11,884 bases of DNA. It comes from Kofleriaceae bacterium. GTDB lineage: Bacteria; Myxococcota_A; Polyangia; Haliangiales; Haliangiaceae. The translations under genes were made by a program, and so were the position numbers. Positions within the stretch are counted from its first letter, which is position 1. Each line of letters opens with the position of its first letter. A model generated the notes under the pieces. The model was not told the origin of the DNA. It ran no database searches and was given only the letters and a program-made list of their open reading frames with translations. The DNA is taken from assembly GCA_046597055.1 (NCBI GenBank), contig JBKJLC010000132.1, forward strand, positions 1 to 11,884, given 5' to 3'. This document shows positions 1-11,199 of this stretch, piece by piece.

Positions 1-888
1 GACCAGCTGGTCGAGGGCGCCGAGCTCGCGGCCAGCGGCATCGACCTCCAGGACTGGTGGACGACCTGGAAGGTTCGCGGCGAGCCGCTGGTGCTCGAGG
101 ACGGCAAGGACTTCGACCTCGTCATCCTCGGCACCTCGATCGCCACGTTCCCCTACGTCGCCACCGAGGTCATCAAGACCCAGCCGCGGTTCGCGAAGAT
201 GGTCGAGCAGGTCGCGCACACCCAGACCCAGGCGTTGCAGCTGTGGTTCCGGCCCGACGCCCGCGGGCTGGGCTGGGTGCTCGCCCACCGGCCGCCGCCG
301 ATCGTCGGCGCCTACGCCCTGTGGCTCGATACCTGGGCCGACATGACGCACCTCCTGTGCCGCGAGGACTGGCCGGCCGGTCGGGTGCCCGGCAACCTCG
401 CCTACCTGTGCGGCCGCATGATCGATGACGAGCCGCTGCCGCCGCGCTCCGACCACGGCTACACCGCGCGCCAGCAGGCCCGCGTGCACGAGAGCGCGCT
501 GACCTGGCTGCGCGAGCATGCCGGCGCGCTGTGGCCGACCGCGGCGCAGAGCAACGATCCGCGCATGCTCAACTGGGCGCTCCTGATCGATCCCGCCGAG
601 CGCGACGGCGAGGCCCGGCTGGCCGCGCAGTTCATCCGGGCCCCGCTCAACCCGTCCGAGCGCTACGTGCTGTCGCTCCCCGGCACCACCCGTCATCGCC
701 TGCGCGCGCAGGAGACCGGCATCGACAACCTGCTCCACGTCGGCGATCACACCTTCACCGGCGTCAACGCCGGCTGCGTCGAGGCCGCCGTCATGTCGGG
801 CATGAACGCCGCGCAGCACCTGTCGGGTCACCCCGGCCACATCACGGGCGACGTCCTGCCGCGCCGCGGGACCTGGGGTGACCGGTGA
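1..888 (+). CDS. FAD/NAD(P)-binding oxidoreductase (COG3349-like, amine-oxidase/carotenoid-desaturase superfamily), 5'-truncated by the window edge
   Basis: Frame 1 is open from base 1 (DQLVEGAELAASGIDLQDWW...) to TGA at 886-888, with strong GC3 bias. Motifs DFDLVILG, TQALQLW, WADMTHL, PSERYVLSLPG and NLLHVGDHT..GVNAGCVEAAVMSG match the C-terminal FAD-binding segment of this family. The substrate is unknown. Confidence 0.85.
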   Translation, partial: DQLVEGAELAASGIDLQDWWTTWKVRGEPLVLEDGKDFDLVILGTSIATFPYVATEVIKTQPRFAKMVEQVAHTQTQALQLWFRPDARGLGWVLAHRPPPIVGAYALWLDTWADMTHLLCREDWPAGRVPGNLAYLCGRMIDDEPLPPRSDHGYTARQQARVHESALTWLREHAGALWPTAAQSNDPRMLNWALLIDPAERDGEARLAAQFIRAPLNPSERYVLSLPGTTRHRLRAQETGIDNLLHVGDHTFTGVNAGCVEAAVMSGMNAAQHLSGHPGHITGDVLPRRGTWGDR

Positions 889-1871
889 GACCGTCGTACG
901 TGTGCCGCGGTGGCGATCTGGTCCTGTGCCAGCCGATCCAGAACAGCCGGGTCCGCTCGTACGCGTGGCTGCTCGACGCCGACTGGGACGCGCTCGAGGT
1001 GATGACCCGGCGCGCGTTCACCGAGCCGTCGGGCGGCGCGGTCGAGGTGCGACCGCTCCTGCCGATGGTCGCGGTGGTGTGCGCCGACATCGCGCATGGT
1101 CGCTCCGACGTCCTCCCCGATCGCGACAAGGGCTGGGCCCGCGAGCGCGATCTCGGCTTCTGGGTCCCGGTCGCGCGCGGCCGCACCGAGGCCGGTCGCT
1201 TCCGCATCGATCAGGTCGGCTGGTACCACCCGTACCTGTTCGTCGACAACGCCGCCGGCGTGGTCACCGGCCGCGAGACCTACGGCTTCAGCAAGAACCC
1301 CGGCGTGTGCCACATGCCGACCGGGCCCGGCGACCGCTCGTGCTTCTCGGTCGAGACGCTGGTGATCGAGCACTTCCGGCCCGAGAGCCAGGCCCGGATC
1401 GCCGAGCTGTTCCGCCTCGATCCCACCGGCGACGGGCTGCTCGGTCACCTCGAGTCGAGCTTCGACAACGTGCTCGAGCTGTTCCTCAAGGTCCAGGCGC
1501 GCCTGCTGCTGCGCGCCTTGCGCCCGAGCGGGCTGCCGCTGCCGACGCTCGAGCTGTTCCGCAACCTCTATGACCAGCTCACCCAGGGGCTGGTCCCGAT
1601 GATGTTCCTGAAGCAGTTTCGCGCGATCGACGATCACCGCTACGCCTGCTACCAGGCCGTGGTCGAGGCCGCGTGCGACCTCAACGGCTGGCATGGCGGC
1701 GGCTTCCTCGACGAGCACGTGCTCACGATCCACCCGGCCGATAGCCACCCGATCGCAGCCGACCTGGGCCTGGCGCCGGGCCCGATCGAGACCGGGTGGG
1801 GTTTCTGGGCTGAATACGACTTCAAGGTGTTGCCCGGTACGATCCTCTGGGAGGCCGGGACCAACCGATAG
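885..1871 (+). CDS. Acetoacetate decarboxylase (ADC)-fold family protein, 328 aa
   Basis: The GTG start overlaps the upstream TGA (GTGA at 885-888), indicating translational coupling. It contains PYLFVDN...GRETYGFSKN, equivalent to the ADC GRE.WG.PKK Schiff-base lysine motif, and FLKQFR. High GC3. Confidence 0.8.
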   Translation: MRPSYVCRGGDLVLCQPIQNSRVRSYAWLLDADWDALEVMTRRAFTEPSGGAVEVRPLLPMVAVVCADIAHGRSDVLPDRDKGWARERDLGFWVPVARGRTEAGRFRIDQVGWYHPYLFVDNAAGVVTGRETYGFSKNPGVCHMPTGPGDRSCFSVETLVIEHFRPESQARIAELFRLDPTGDGLLGHLESSFDNVLELFLKVQARLLLRALRPSGLPLPTLELFRNLYDQLTQGLVPMMFLKQFRAIDDHRYACYQAVVEAACDLNGWHGGGFLDEHVLTIHPADSHPIAADLGLAPGPIETGWGFWAEYDFKVLPGTILWEAGTNR

Positions 1872-1903
1872 CGCGGCAGGGCCCGCCCGGCGCGCGGACG
1901 CAG

Positions 1904-1909
1904 TAAGCT
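1904..1909 (+). promoter_or_regulatory. Candidate -10 element (TAAGCT) for the kinase gene
   Basis: TAnnnT hexamer in a GC-rich 50-nt spacer, 12 nt before the ATG at 1922. No Shine-Dalgarno sequence is visible. Confidence 0.35.
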
Positions 1910-1921
1910 CACCCTCCCAGC

Positions 1922-5643
<3,722 letters not shown>

Positions 5644-5650
<7 letters not shown>

Positions 5651-5670
5651 CCCGCGCGCGCGCTCAGAAC
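5644..5670. terminator. Inverted repeat spanning two convergent stop codons (possible bidirectional terminator)
   Basis: GTTCTGA (5644-5650) and TCAGAAC (5664-5670) are exact reverse complements around CCCGCGCGCGCGC. There is no U-tract. Confidence 0.3.
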
Positions 5671-5795
5671 GACGCCGGCACCATCCGCACGCCGAAGCCG
5701 ACCGAGCCCGCGTCGTTGGTGCCGTCGCCGTCGAGATCGCTGTCAGGCGTCAGGTAGTTCGACCGGAGCGTATTGGCCTCGGCGTCGCTGATCAC
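5664..5795 (-). pseudogene. C-terminal remnant (about 43 aa) of a DxDGDG-motif protein, probably exported
   Basis: VISDAEANTLRSNYLTPDSDLDGDGTNDAGSVGFGVRMVPASF* has host-like GC3, a DxDxDG Ca-binding-type loop and an alternating beta-strand ending in Phe. Upstream of about 5796 the same frame loses its coding character. Confidence 0.55.
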
Positions 5796-5798
5796 GGG

Positions 5799-5819
5799 GT
5801 GTGCGGCACGTGTGCGGCA
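5799..5819. repeat. 10-bp direct repeat GTGTGCGGCA-c-GTGTGCGGCA
   Basis: Exact copies at 5799-5808 and 5810-5819, next to the point where the remnant's coding signal ends. Confidence 0.8.
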
Positions 5820-6195
5820 GGACCCGGCCCCCGAGCGGTAACGCACGGGATCGCGATTGGCCGGTCCGGTTTGAGCTCCAACGATACTGTGCCACCAGCG
5901 CTCACGGGTAGCCGGCGCCGGCGCCGGGTAGCAGCTTCGAGATGGCGCTGTACCAGCCGCTGCGGCGTCGTGACGCCGAGCGTCGACCCGATCCGAGATC
6001 GGCTTCGTTCGCTCCACGGCCAGACCATGGCCAATGAGGGGCTACGTGGGTGACGTAGGAACCGGCCCGACTGGTCTGCGCCGCACGGAGATCTCGCACA
6101 TACACTGTGACAGTAGGGTGTACTCCCTCCTTCATCGTCGCCACATGCCTCCCACGTCGTTGAAATCATACGTGGACCTTGCGCACCGCTTCCCC

Positions 6196-6201
6196 TAGTC
6201 T
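6196..6201 (+). promoter_or_regulatory. Candidate -10 element (TAGTCT), leaderless-type spacing
   Basis: TAnnnT 8 nt before the ATG at 6210, with no SD sequence. Confidence 0.45.
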
Positions 6202-6209
6202 GCGACGCA

Positions 6210-7682
6210 ATGCGATTGATACCGGTCGGCATCGTCCTCGCGGCGTTCGCGCTCACGGCTTGTGAAGGCACGATTGTCACGCCCTCCGAAGAGGACGTGG
6301 GCCTCGACGTGGACGGCGACAGCGATGCCCCGAGTAACAGTGATGATGACGACGGCGACGACGGCAGCGTCCCGGACCTGCGCGCGACGACCACGCTGAC
6401 CTTCACCGAATCCAGGGCCGAGCCGCTCAACCCGGAGCGCGGCTACTACGTCCAGTACGACCTGCTCGGCGGCGGCAACGTGGCGCGGATCCGCGCCAGC
6501 GGCAGCACGCTCGGCATGGCGATCGTGAACCTGGAGAACTACCGCGACCGCTCGCTCGACTCGGCGATCCTGGCGTCGATCGAGCAAGGCTTTGCCCGGG
6601 CCCGCTCGGCCGGCGTGAAGGTCATCGTCCGCTTCACGTACAACCACGCGCTGGCGGCCGACGCCCCCAAGGCGCGGATGCTTCGCCACCTCGAGCAGCT
6701 CGGGCCGATCCTGCAGGACAACGCGGACGTGATCGCGTTGATGCAGGCCGGGTTCATCGGGGCCTGGGGCGAGTGGCACTCCTCGACCAACGGCCTCGAT
6801 AACGACGACGACCGCGCCGAGATCCTCGACGCGATCCTGACCGCCCTGCCCGCGTCGCGCAGCGTGGCGGTGCGGACCCCCATGTACAAGGCGGCGTTCC
6901 TGCCGGGCGGCGCGCTCGAAGAGGCCGAGGGGTTCACCGGCTCGGCCCGCGCCCGCATCGGCCACCACAACGACTGCTTCCTCGCGAGCGACACCGACCT
7001 CGGCACCTTCGCCAGCCCGGTCGACCGCTGGATCGACTACGTCGCGGACGACGGCCGATTCACCCCGGTCGGTGGCGAGACCTGCGTCATCAACACCGCG
7101 CGCACCAACTGCGCCTCCGCGCTCGCCGAGATGGAGCGCCAGCACTGGTCGTATCTCAACCAGGAGTACAAGACGACGGTGATCGCGGCGTGGGAGGCGG
7201 AGGGCTGCGGTGACAACGTCCGCCGCCGCCTTGGCTACCGGTTCGCGGCCGAGCGGCTCGCGCACACCGAGACGGTGGCGCCGGGCGGCGTGCTTGCGGT
7301 CGAGCTCGAGATCCGCAACAGCGGCTTCGCCTCGCCCTACAACAAACGTCCGGTCGAGCTGGTCCTCAGTAGCGGCAACGAGCGCCACGTGGTCCGGCTC
7401 GCCCAGGTCGACGCCCGCCGCTGGGCCGCCGGCAAGACCACCAAGCTGTCGACCCGGCTGCGCATCCCCGCCAGCCTGACGCCGGGCACCTACGCGCTGT
7501 CGCTGCGCTTGCCCGACGACGACGCCGGCCTGACCAGCCCCCACTACGCGATCCAGCTCGCCAACGAGGGCATGTGGGTCGCGAGCACCGGCGACAACCT
7601 GCTCGCCCGCGCGGTCGTGGTCGATCCCGCCGCCACCGGCGCGGTCGACCCGAGCGCGACCCAGCTCGTCGAGCTGCGCTGA
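6210..7682 (+). CDS. DUF4874/DUF4832-domain lipoprotein (putative glycoside-hydrolase-like), 490 aa
   Basis: Signal peptide with lipobox LTA-C (Cys18), then an Asp-rich linker. Family motifs: NPERG, VKVIVRFTY, AGFIGAWGEWHSS, RIGHHNDCFLAS, PVGGETC, HWSYLN, RRLGYRF, followed by a beta-rich C-terminal domain (N.GFASPYN.RP, PGTYAL.LRLPD, IQLANEG.W). Confidence 0.9.
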   Translation: MRLIPVGIVLAAFALTACEGTIVTPSEEDVGLDVDGDSDAPSNSDDDDGDDGSVPDLRATTTLTFTESRAEPLNPERGYYVQYDLLGGGNVARIRASGSTLGMAIVNLENYRDRSLDSAILASIEQGFARARSAGVKVIVRFTYNHALAADAPKARMLRHLEQLGPILQDNADVIALMQAGFIGAWGEWHSSTNGLDNDDDRAEILDAILTALPASRSVAVRTPMYKAAFLPGGALEEAEGFTGSARARIGHHNDCFLASDTDLGTFASPVDRWIDYVADDGRFTPVGGETCVINTARTNCASALAEMERQHWSYLNQEYKTTVIAAWEAEGCGDNVRRRLGYRFAAERLAHTETVAPGGVLAVELEIRNSGFASPYNKRPVELVLSSGNERHVVRLAQVDARRWAAGKTTKLSTRLRIPASLTPGTYALSLRLPDDDAGLTSPHYAIQLANEGMWVASTGDNLLARAVVVDPAATGAVDPSATQLVELR

Positions 7683-7744
7683 CCCGCGCCGCCTGGGCAT
7701 GAGCTGCGCTGACCCGCGCCGCCTGGGCATGGCATGGCATGGCA
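7671..7744 (+). repeat. Perfect 30-bp tandem duplication followed by a (GGCAT)n microsatellite
   Basis: GAGCTGCGCTGACCCGCGCCGCCTGGGCAT occurs at 7671-7700 and 7701-7730 and includes the last three codons and the stop of the lipoprotein gene. GGCAT x3 plus GGCA lies at 7726-7744. Confidence 0.95.
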
Positions 7745-7792
7745 CTGCGGCGCCCCCGCTGATCGAGTCCATCTCGCGATGCGATCGAACGC

Positions 7793-7817
7793 CTGCCCTC
7801 CTCGTGTCGAAGGGCAG
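7793..7817. terminator. Hairpin between convergent genes (possible terminator)
   Basis: CTGCCCT (7793-7799) pairs with AGGGCAG (7811-7817). Other small inverted repeats are at 7823-7834 and 7888-7906. No clear U-tract. Confidence 0.3.
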
Positions 7818-7910
7818 CCCTCAGGATTGATCCTAGCCGAAGCCCTCGCGCCGCCGGCACCCCGAGCGACGCGCTGGCACAGTCGGGCCCGGTGCCGCCG
7901 ACCGGGTGCG

Positions 7911-8567
7911 CTACCGACGGTCGGCCCGCGCACGATCCGACGACAGCTCGCGCAGCAGCGCGGTCACGGTTCGGGTCGCGACCTGCACCGCCTCCTTGCG
8001 CCGCATGCGGCCCTCGAGCCAGCCGTCGAGCGCGGCGCCGCCGCCCGCGACGACGATGCCGGCGAGGAGCTCGACCCGCGCCGCGGACAGGCCGGTGAGC
8101 TCGGCGATGCGCGGCAGCCAGGGCGACAGCAGCCGGTGCAGGGCGGCGCGGCCCAGGGTCGCGGCCTCGACGTCGGCGCCCCGCGCGTACATCAGGCGCC
8201 ACGGGCCCACGCCCTCCGCCTCGATCGCGTCGCACGACGCGTCGATGAAGGCCTCGACGATCGCCGGCATGGTGCCGCCGAGCGTCGCGGCGAGCGCGGC
8301 GTGGTAGCGCGCGGTCAGCCCGGCCGTGAACGTGTCCAGCACGCCCGCGACCAGCGCCTGGCGGGTCGCGAAGAAGCGGTAGACGACCGGGCGGGTCACG
8401 CCGGCGGCCTCGGCCAGCGCGGTGATCTCGACGCCAGCCGGCCCGTGCTCGGTGAGCAGCCGGGCGGCGATCGCGACCAGCTGCTGGCGGCGCACCTCGG
8501 GCGCCAGCCGGGTCCGCGGCCGCTGCGGACGACGCGCGGCCGCGATCGATGACGAAGGACGCTTCAC
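7911..8567 (-). CDS. TetR/AcrR-family transcriptional regulator (about 218 aa; start inferred at GTG 8567)
   Basis: N-terminal HTH: RRQQLVAIAARLLTEHG...ITALAEAAGVTRPVVYRFFATRQAL. It is divergent from the nitronate monooxygenase gene. The ORF-track extension to 8669 runs through the promoter region and overlaps the neighbouring start codon. Confidence 0.9.
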   Translation of the reverse strand: MKRPSSSIAAARRPQRPRTRLAPEVRRQQLVAIAARLLTEHGPAGVEITALAEAAGVTRPVVYRFFATRQALVAGVLDTFTAGLTARYHAALAATLGGTMPAIVEAFIDASCDAIEAEGVGPWRLMYARGADVEAATLGRAALHRLLSPWLPRIAELTGLSAARVELLAGIVVAGGGAALDGWLEGRMRRKEAVQVATRTVTALLRELSSDRARADRR

Positions 8568-8578
8568 CAGGCTCGGGC

Positions 8579-8587
8579 AGCCTAGCA
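8579..8587 (-). promoter_or_regulatory. Candidate extended -10 (TGcTAGGCT) for tetR
   Basis: The minus strand reads TG-C-TAGGCT, 11 nt upstream of GTG 8567. Confidence 0.45.
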
Positions 8588-8611
8588 CCGCGCGGGCCGC
8601 GGGCTCTGGGC

Positions 8612-8642
8612 TATATCGCTGTACAATACATGGTGTAAAGTA
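8612..8642. promoter_or_regulatory. AT-rich divergent promoter region with a probable TetR operator (TACA-tgg-TGTA, 8627-8637)
   Basis: The most AT-rich patch in the window. The palindrome TACAnnnTGTA overlaps the -10-like hexamers TACAAT (8622-8627) and TAAAGT (8636-8641). The SD GGAGG is at 8656-8660. Confidence 0.6.
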
Positions 8643-8667
8643 TCGACCTGCCCCTGGAGGACCTCGC

Positions 8668-9798
8668 ATGAAGACCGCGCTCTGTGATCAGCTCGGCATG
8701 ACCCTGCCGCTCTTCGCGTTCACCCGCAGCCCCGAGGTCGTGGTCGCGGTCAGCCGCGCCGGCGGCATGGGTGTGCAGGCCGCGATCGGCTTCTCGCCCG
8801 AGGAGCTGCGCGCGTGCCTCGACCACATCGAGGCCAACGTCGGCGGTCGACCGTATGGGGTCGACGTCGTGATGCCGTCGGGCTTCGTGCAGCCCGACGG
8901 CTCGAAGGCGGCCAAGGACGGCGCGATGGCGACCGCGGCCGACTACCACCGCAGCCTGCCCGCCGCGCACGTGCAGTTCCTGAACGAGCTGCTCGCGCGC
9001 TACGAGGTGCCGCCGCTGCCCGAGGACGCGTCGGCCGCGCTGGCCATGCAGAGCTGGACCGACCAGGTCAGCCGGCGTCAGGTCGAGATCGCCCTCGAGT
9101 ACCCGATCCGCCTGATCGCGAACGCGCTGGGGCCACCCCCCAAGGACGTGATCGCCTTGTGCCACGCCAAGGGCGTGAAGGTGGCGGCGCTGGTCGGCAG
9201 CAAGGAGCACGCGATCAAGCAGGTGCAGCAGGGCGTCGACGTGATCGTCGCGCAGGGCACCGAGGCCGGCGGCCACTGCGGCGAGATCGCCTCGATGGTG
9301 CTGGTGCCCGAGGTGGTCGACGCGGTCGCGCCGACGCCGGTGATCGCGGCCGGCGGCATCGGCAGCGGCCGCCAGCTCGCGGCCGCGCTCGCGCTCGGCG
9401 CCCAGGGCGGCTGGGCCGGCTCGATCTGGCTGACCACGAACGAGGGCCAGGTCGACGACGCGGTCACCCGCAAGCTCCTCGCCGCGACCTCGTCCGATAC
9501 CGTCCGGTCGCGCGCGATCAGCGGCAAGCCGGCGCGCCAGCTGCGCTCGACCTGGTCGGAGGCGTGGGACGATCCGACCTCGCCGTCGCCGCTGCCGATG
9601 CCCCTCCAGTTCCTGCTCACCGCCGAGGCGGTGGCCCGCATTCACCATCACGCCCGCGCGGGCGGCCGCTCGGACCTGGTCACCTCGCCGGTGGGACAGA
9701 TCGTCGGCTCGATGAACGCGCTGCGCCCGGTCGCCGACGTCCTCGCAGGCATCGAGGCCGAGCTCGCCGCCGCCTGCCGCCGGTTCGCGGCCGGCTGA
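8668..9798 (+). CDS. Nitronate monooxygenase / 2-nitropropane dioxygenase-like FMN enzyme (NMO/FabK superfamily), 376 aa
   Basis: ATG at 8668, 7 nt after GGAGG. Motifs: VAVSRAGGMG, PYGVD, IVAQGTEAGGHCG (catalytic His), PVIAAGGIGSG, ALALGAQG.W.GS.WL, SGKPARQL, PVGQIVG. The true substrate is not determinable from sequence. Confidence 0.92.
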   Translation: MKTALCDQLGMTLPLFAFTRSPEVVVAVSRAGGMGVQAAIGFSPEELRACLDHIEANVGGRPYGVDVVMPSGFVQPDGSKAAKDGAMATAADYHRSLPAAHVQFLNELLARYEVPPLPEDASAALAMQSWTDQVSRRQVEIALEYPIRLIANALGPPPKDVIALCHAKGVKVAALVGSKEHAIKQVQQGVDVIVAQGTEAGGHCGEIASMVLVPEVVDAVAPTPVIAAGGIGSGRQLAAALALGAQGGWAGSIWLTTNEGQVDDAVTRKLLAATSSDTVRSRAISGKPARQLRSTWSEAWDDPTSPSPLPMPLQFLLTAEAVARIHHHARAGGRSDLVTSPVGQIVGSMNALRPVADVLAGIEAELAAACRRFAAG

Positions 9799-9809
9799 CG
9801 GCTACCACT

Positions 9810-9835
9810 CCGGGACGAAGCCGGCGCCGTCCCGG
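9810..9835 (+). terminator. GC-rich hairpin just after the NMO stop codon
   Basis: CCGGGACG (9810-9817) pairs perfectly with CGTCCCGG (9828-9835) around a 10-nt loop, 11 nt after the TGA. There is no U-tract. Confidence 0.45.
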
Positions 9836-9933
9836 CGGACGATGAACAGGCCGGCGCCTCGGGGCGCGCCGCCGCGCGACCGGACACGCCTCGACGGCCC
9901 GGGGCCGCTGGCCGCGTGGGATCGTGAACAGGG

Positions 9934-9939
9934 TAGAGT
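9934..9939 (+). promoter_or_regulatory. Candidate -10 element (TAGAGT), leaderless spacing
   Basis: TAnnnT 7 nt before GTG 9947, with no SD sequence. Confidence 0.5.
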
Positions 9940-9946
9940 CGCGGGC

Positions 9947-11140
9947 GTGACCTCCCCGGCACGCCTCGCGACGCGCTGGACCGGCTTCGGCACCAGCATC
10001 TTCACCGAGGTCACCGACCTCGCCCGGCGGCTGGGCGCGGTCAACCTCGCCCAGGGCTTCCCCGACTTTCACGGGCCGCCCGAGCTGCTGCGGGCGATCG
10101 CGGCCCACGTCGAGACCTCGCATCATCAGTATGCGCCCGGCATCGGCGAGGCGCGGCTGCGGCGCGCGGTCGCCGGCTTCGTGCGCGCTACCACCGGCCG
10201 GGCGTACGACCCGGACGCCGAGGTCACGATCACGACCGGCGCGACCGAGGCGATCTACGCGACGGTCAACGCGTTCGTGAACCCGGGCGACCGGGTGGTC
10301 GTGCTCGAGCCGTTCTACGACAGCTACGCACAGGCGATCGCGAACGCGGGCGGCGTGCTGGTGCCGGTGCGGTTGCATGCGCCCGACACCGCGGCCGGGC
10401 AGGCCGCCGGCGGATGGGCGATCGCCTGGGATGAGCTCGAGGCCGCCCGCGAGGCCGGGTTTCGGCTGCTGGTCCTCAACTCGCCGCACAACCCGACCGG
10501 CAAGGTGTTCACCGCGGCCGAGCTGCGGCGGATCGCGAGCGTGGTCGCGGCCGCCGACGCGGTCGTGATGTGCGACGAGGTCTACGAAGCGATGGTCTAC
10601 GATGGCGCCCGGCACGTCTCGCTGAGCACCTTCGCCGAGATCGCGCACCTGGTCGTGCGGATCAGCTCGGCGGCCAAGACCTTCGGCTTCACCGGGCTCA
10701 AGGTCGGCTGGGTCACCGCACCGCCCGCGCTGACCGCCGCGGTGCGGCTGGTGCACCAGGGCACGGTGTTCTCGACCAGCCCGTTCCTGCAGACCGCGAT
10801 CGGCGAGGTGCTCGAGGACGAGTCGTGGCGGGCGGGCTACCTGGACGACCTGCGCCGCGACTACCAGGCCAAGCGCGACCTCCTGCGGAACGCGCTCGAG
10901 GCCGCCGGCTTCGACGTCCCGCTGGTGGACGGCACCTACTTCCTGATGGCTGGGTTCGCGCGGCTGGCGGGCGCGATGACCGACGTCGCCTTTGCGCGCC
11001 AGCTGATCGAGACCCGCGGGGTCGCCGCGATCCCGCCCTCGGTGTTCTACGCGCGCCCGCCCGCGACGCTGCCCTGGCTGCGCTTCGCCTTCTGCAAGCG
11101 CGACGAGACGCTGCGCCGCGCCGCGGCGCTCCTGACCTGA
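9947..11140 (+). CDS. PLP-dependent class I/II aminotransferase (methionine aminotransferase YbdL / kynurenine aminotransferase-like), about 397 aa
   Basis: Motifs: TSIFTE, VNLAQGFPDF, HQYAPGIG, TTGATEA, EPFYDSY, NSPHNPTGKV, DEVYE, SSAAKTFGFTG.KVGW (PLP lysine), GTYF, GVAAIP.SVFY, RFAFCK. The start is placed at GTG 9947 because the first 35 codons of the ORF-track call lack family character. Confidence 0.93.
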   Translation: MTSPARLATRWTGFGTSIFTEVTDLARRLGAVNLAQGFPDFHGPPELLRAIAAHVETSHHQYAPGIGEARLRRAVAGFVRATTGRAYDPDAEVTITTGATEAIYATVNAFVNPGDRVVVLEPFYDSYAQAIANAGGVLVPVRLHAPDTAAGQAAGGWAIAWDELEAAREAGFRLLVLNSPHNPTGKVFTAAELRRIASVVAAADAVVMCDEVYEAMVYDGARHVSLSTFAEIAHLVVRISSAAKTFGFTGLKVGWVTAPPALTAAVRLVHQGTVFSTSPFLQTAIGEVLEDESWRAGYLDDLRRDYQAKRDLLRNALEAAGFDVPLVDGTYFLMAGFARLAGAMTDVAFARQLIETRGVAAIPPSVFYARPPATLPWLRFAFCKRDETLRRAAALLT

Positions 11141-11180
11141 GGGCTGCCGGCGACCATCGGATCGCACGCAGCTCGCCGTG

Positions 11181-11199
11181 CCTGAGCGAAGCGCTCGGG
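11181..11199 (+). terminator. Hairpin downstream of the aminotransferase
   Basis: CCTGAGCG-AAG-CGCTCGGG forms an 8-bp stem with one U-G pair on the + strand and is followed by TT. It lies 40 nt after the stop. Confidence 0.4.

Noticed and set aside
5906..5932. GGGTAGC-CGGCGCCGGCGCC-GGGTAGC micro-repeat
   Set aside because: Short and GC-rich, consistent with ordinary slippage in non-coding DNA.
5902..6135. Minus-strand ORF starting MKEGVHP, resembling the N-terminus of ribosomal protein L31
   Set aside because: The similarity stops after 7 residues, the later L31 motifs are missing, and the codons are A/T-ending, unlike a highly expressed gene in this genome.
7671..7730. 30-bp repeat as a possible CRISPR repeat
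   Set aside because: The copies are directly adjacent with no spacer, there are only two, they include a gene's stop codon, and no cas gene is present.
8422..8669. N-terminal extensions of NMO (from 8422) and TetR (from 8669) in the ORF track
   Set aside because: They overlap each other and the promoter. NMO has a clear SD and ATG at 8668, and TetR homology begins near 8510.
9843..9932. TGAACAGG direct repeat at 9843-9850 and 9925-9932 upstream of the aminotransferase
   Set aside because: Two 8-mers 82 nt apart with no other support, so it cannot be separated from chance.
6195..11167. Antisense or alternative-frame ORFs 6195..7772, 7366..8235, 7734..8552, 8611..9651, 8814..9845 and 9680..11167
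   Set aside because: Same shadow-ORF explanation. Each overlaps a well-supported gene and has no recognisable domain.
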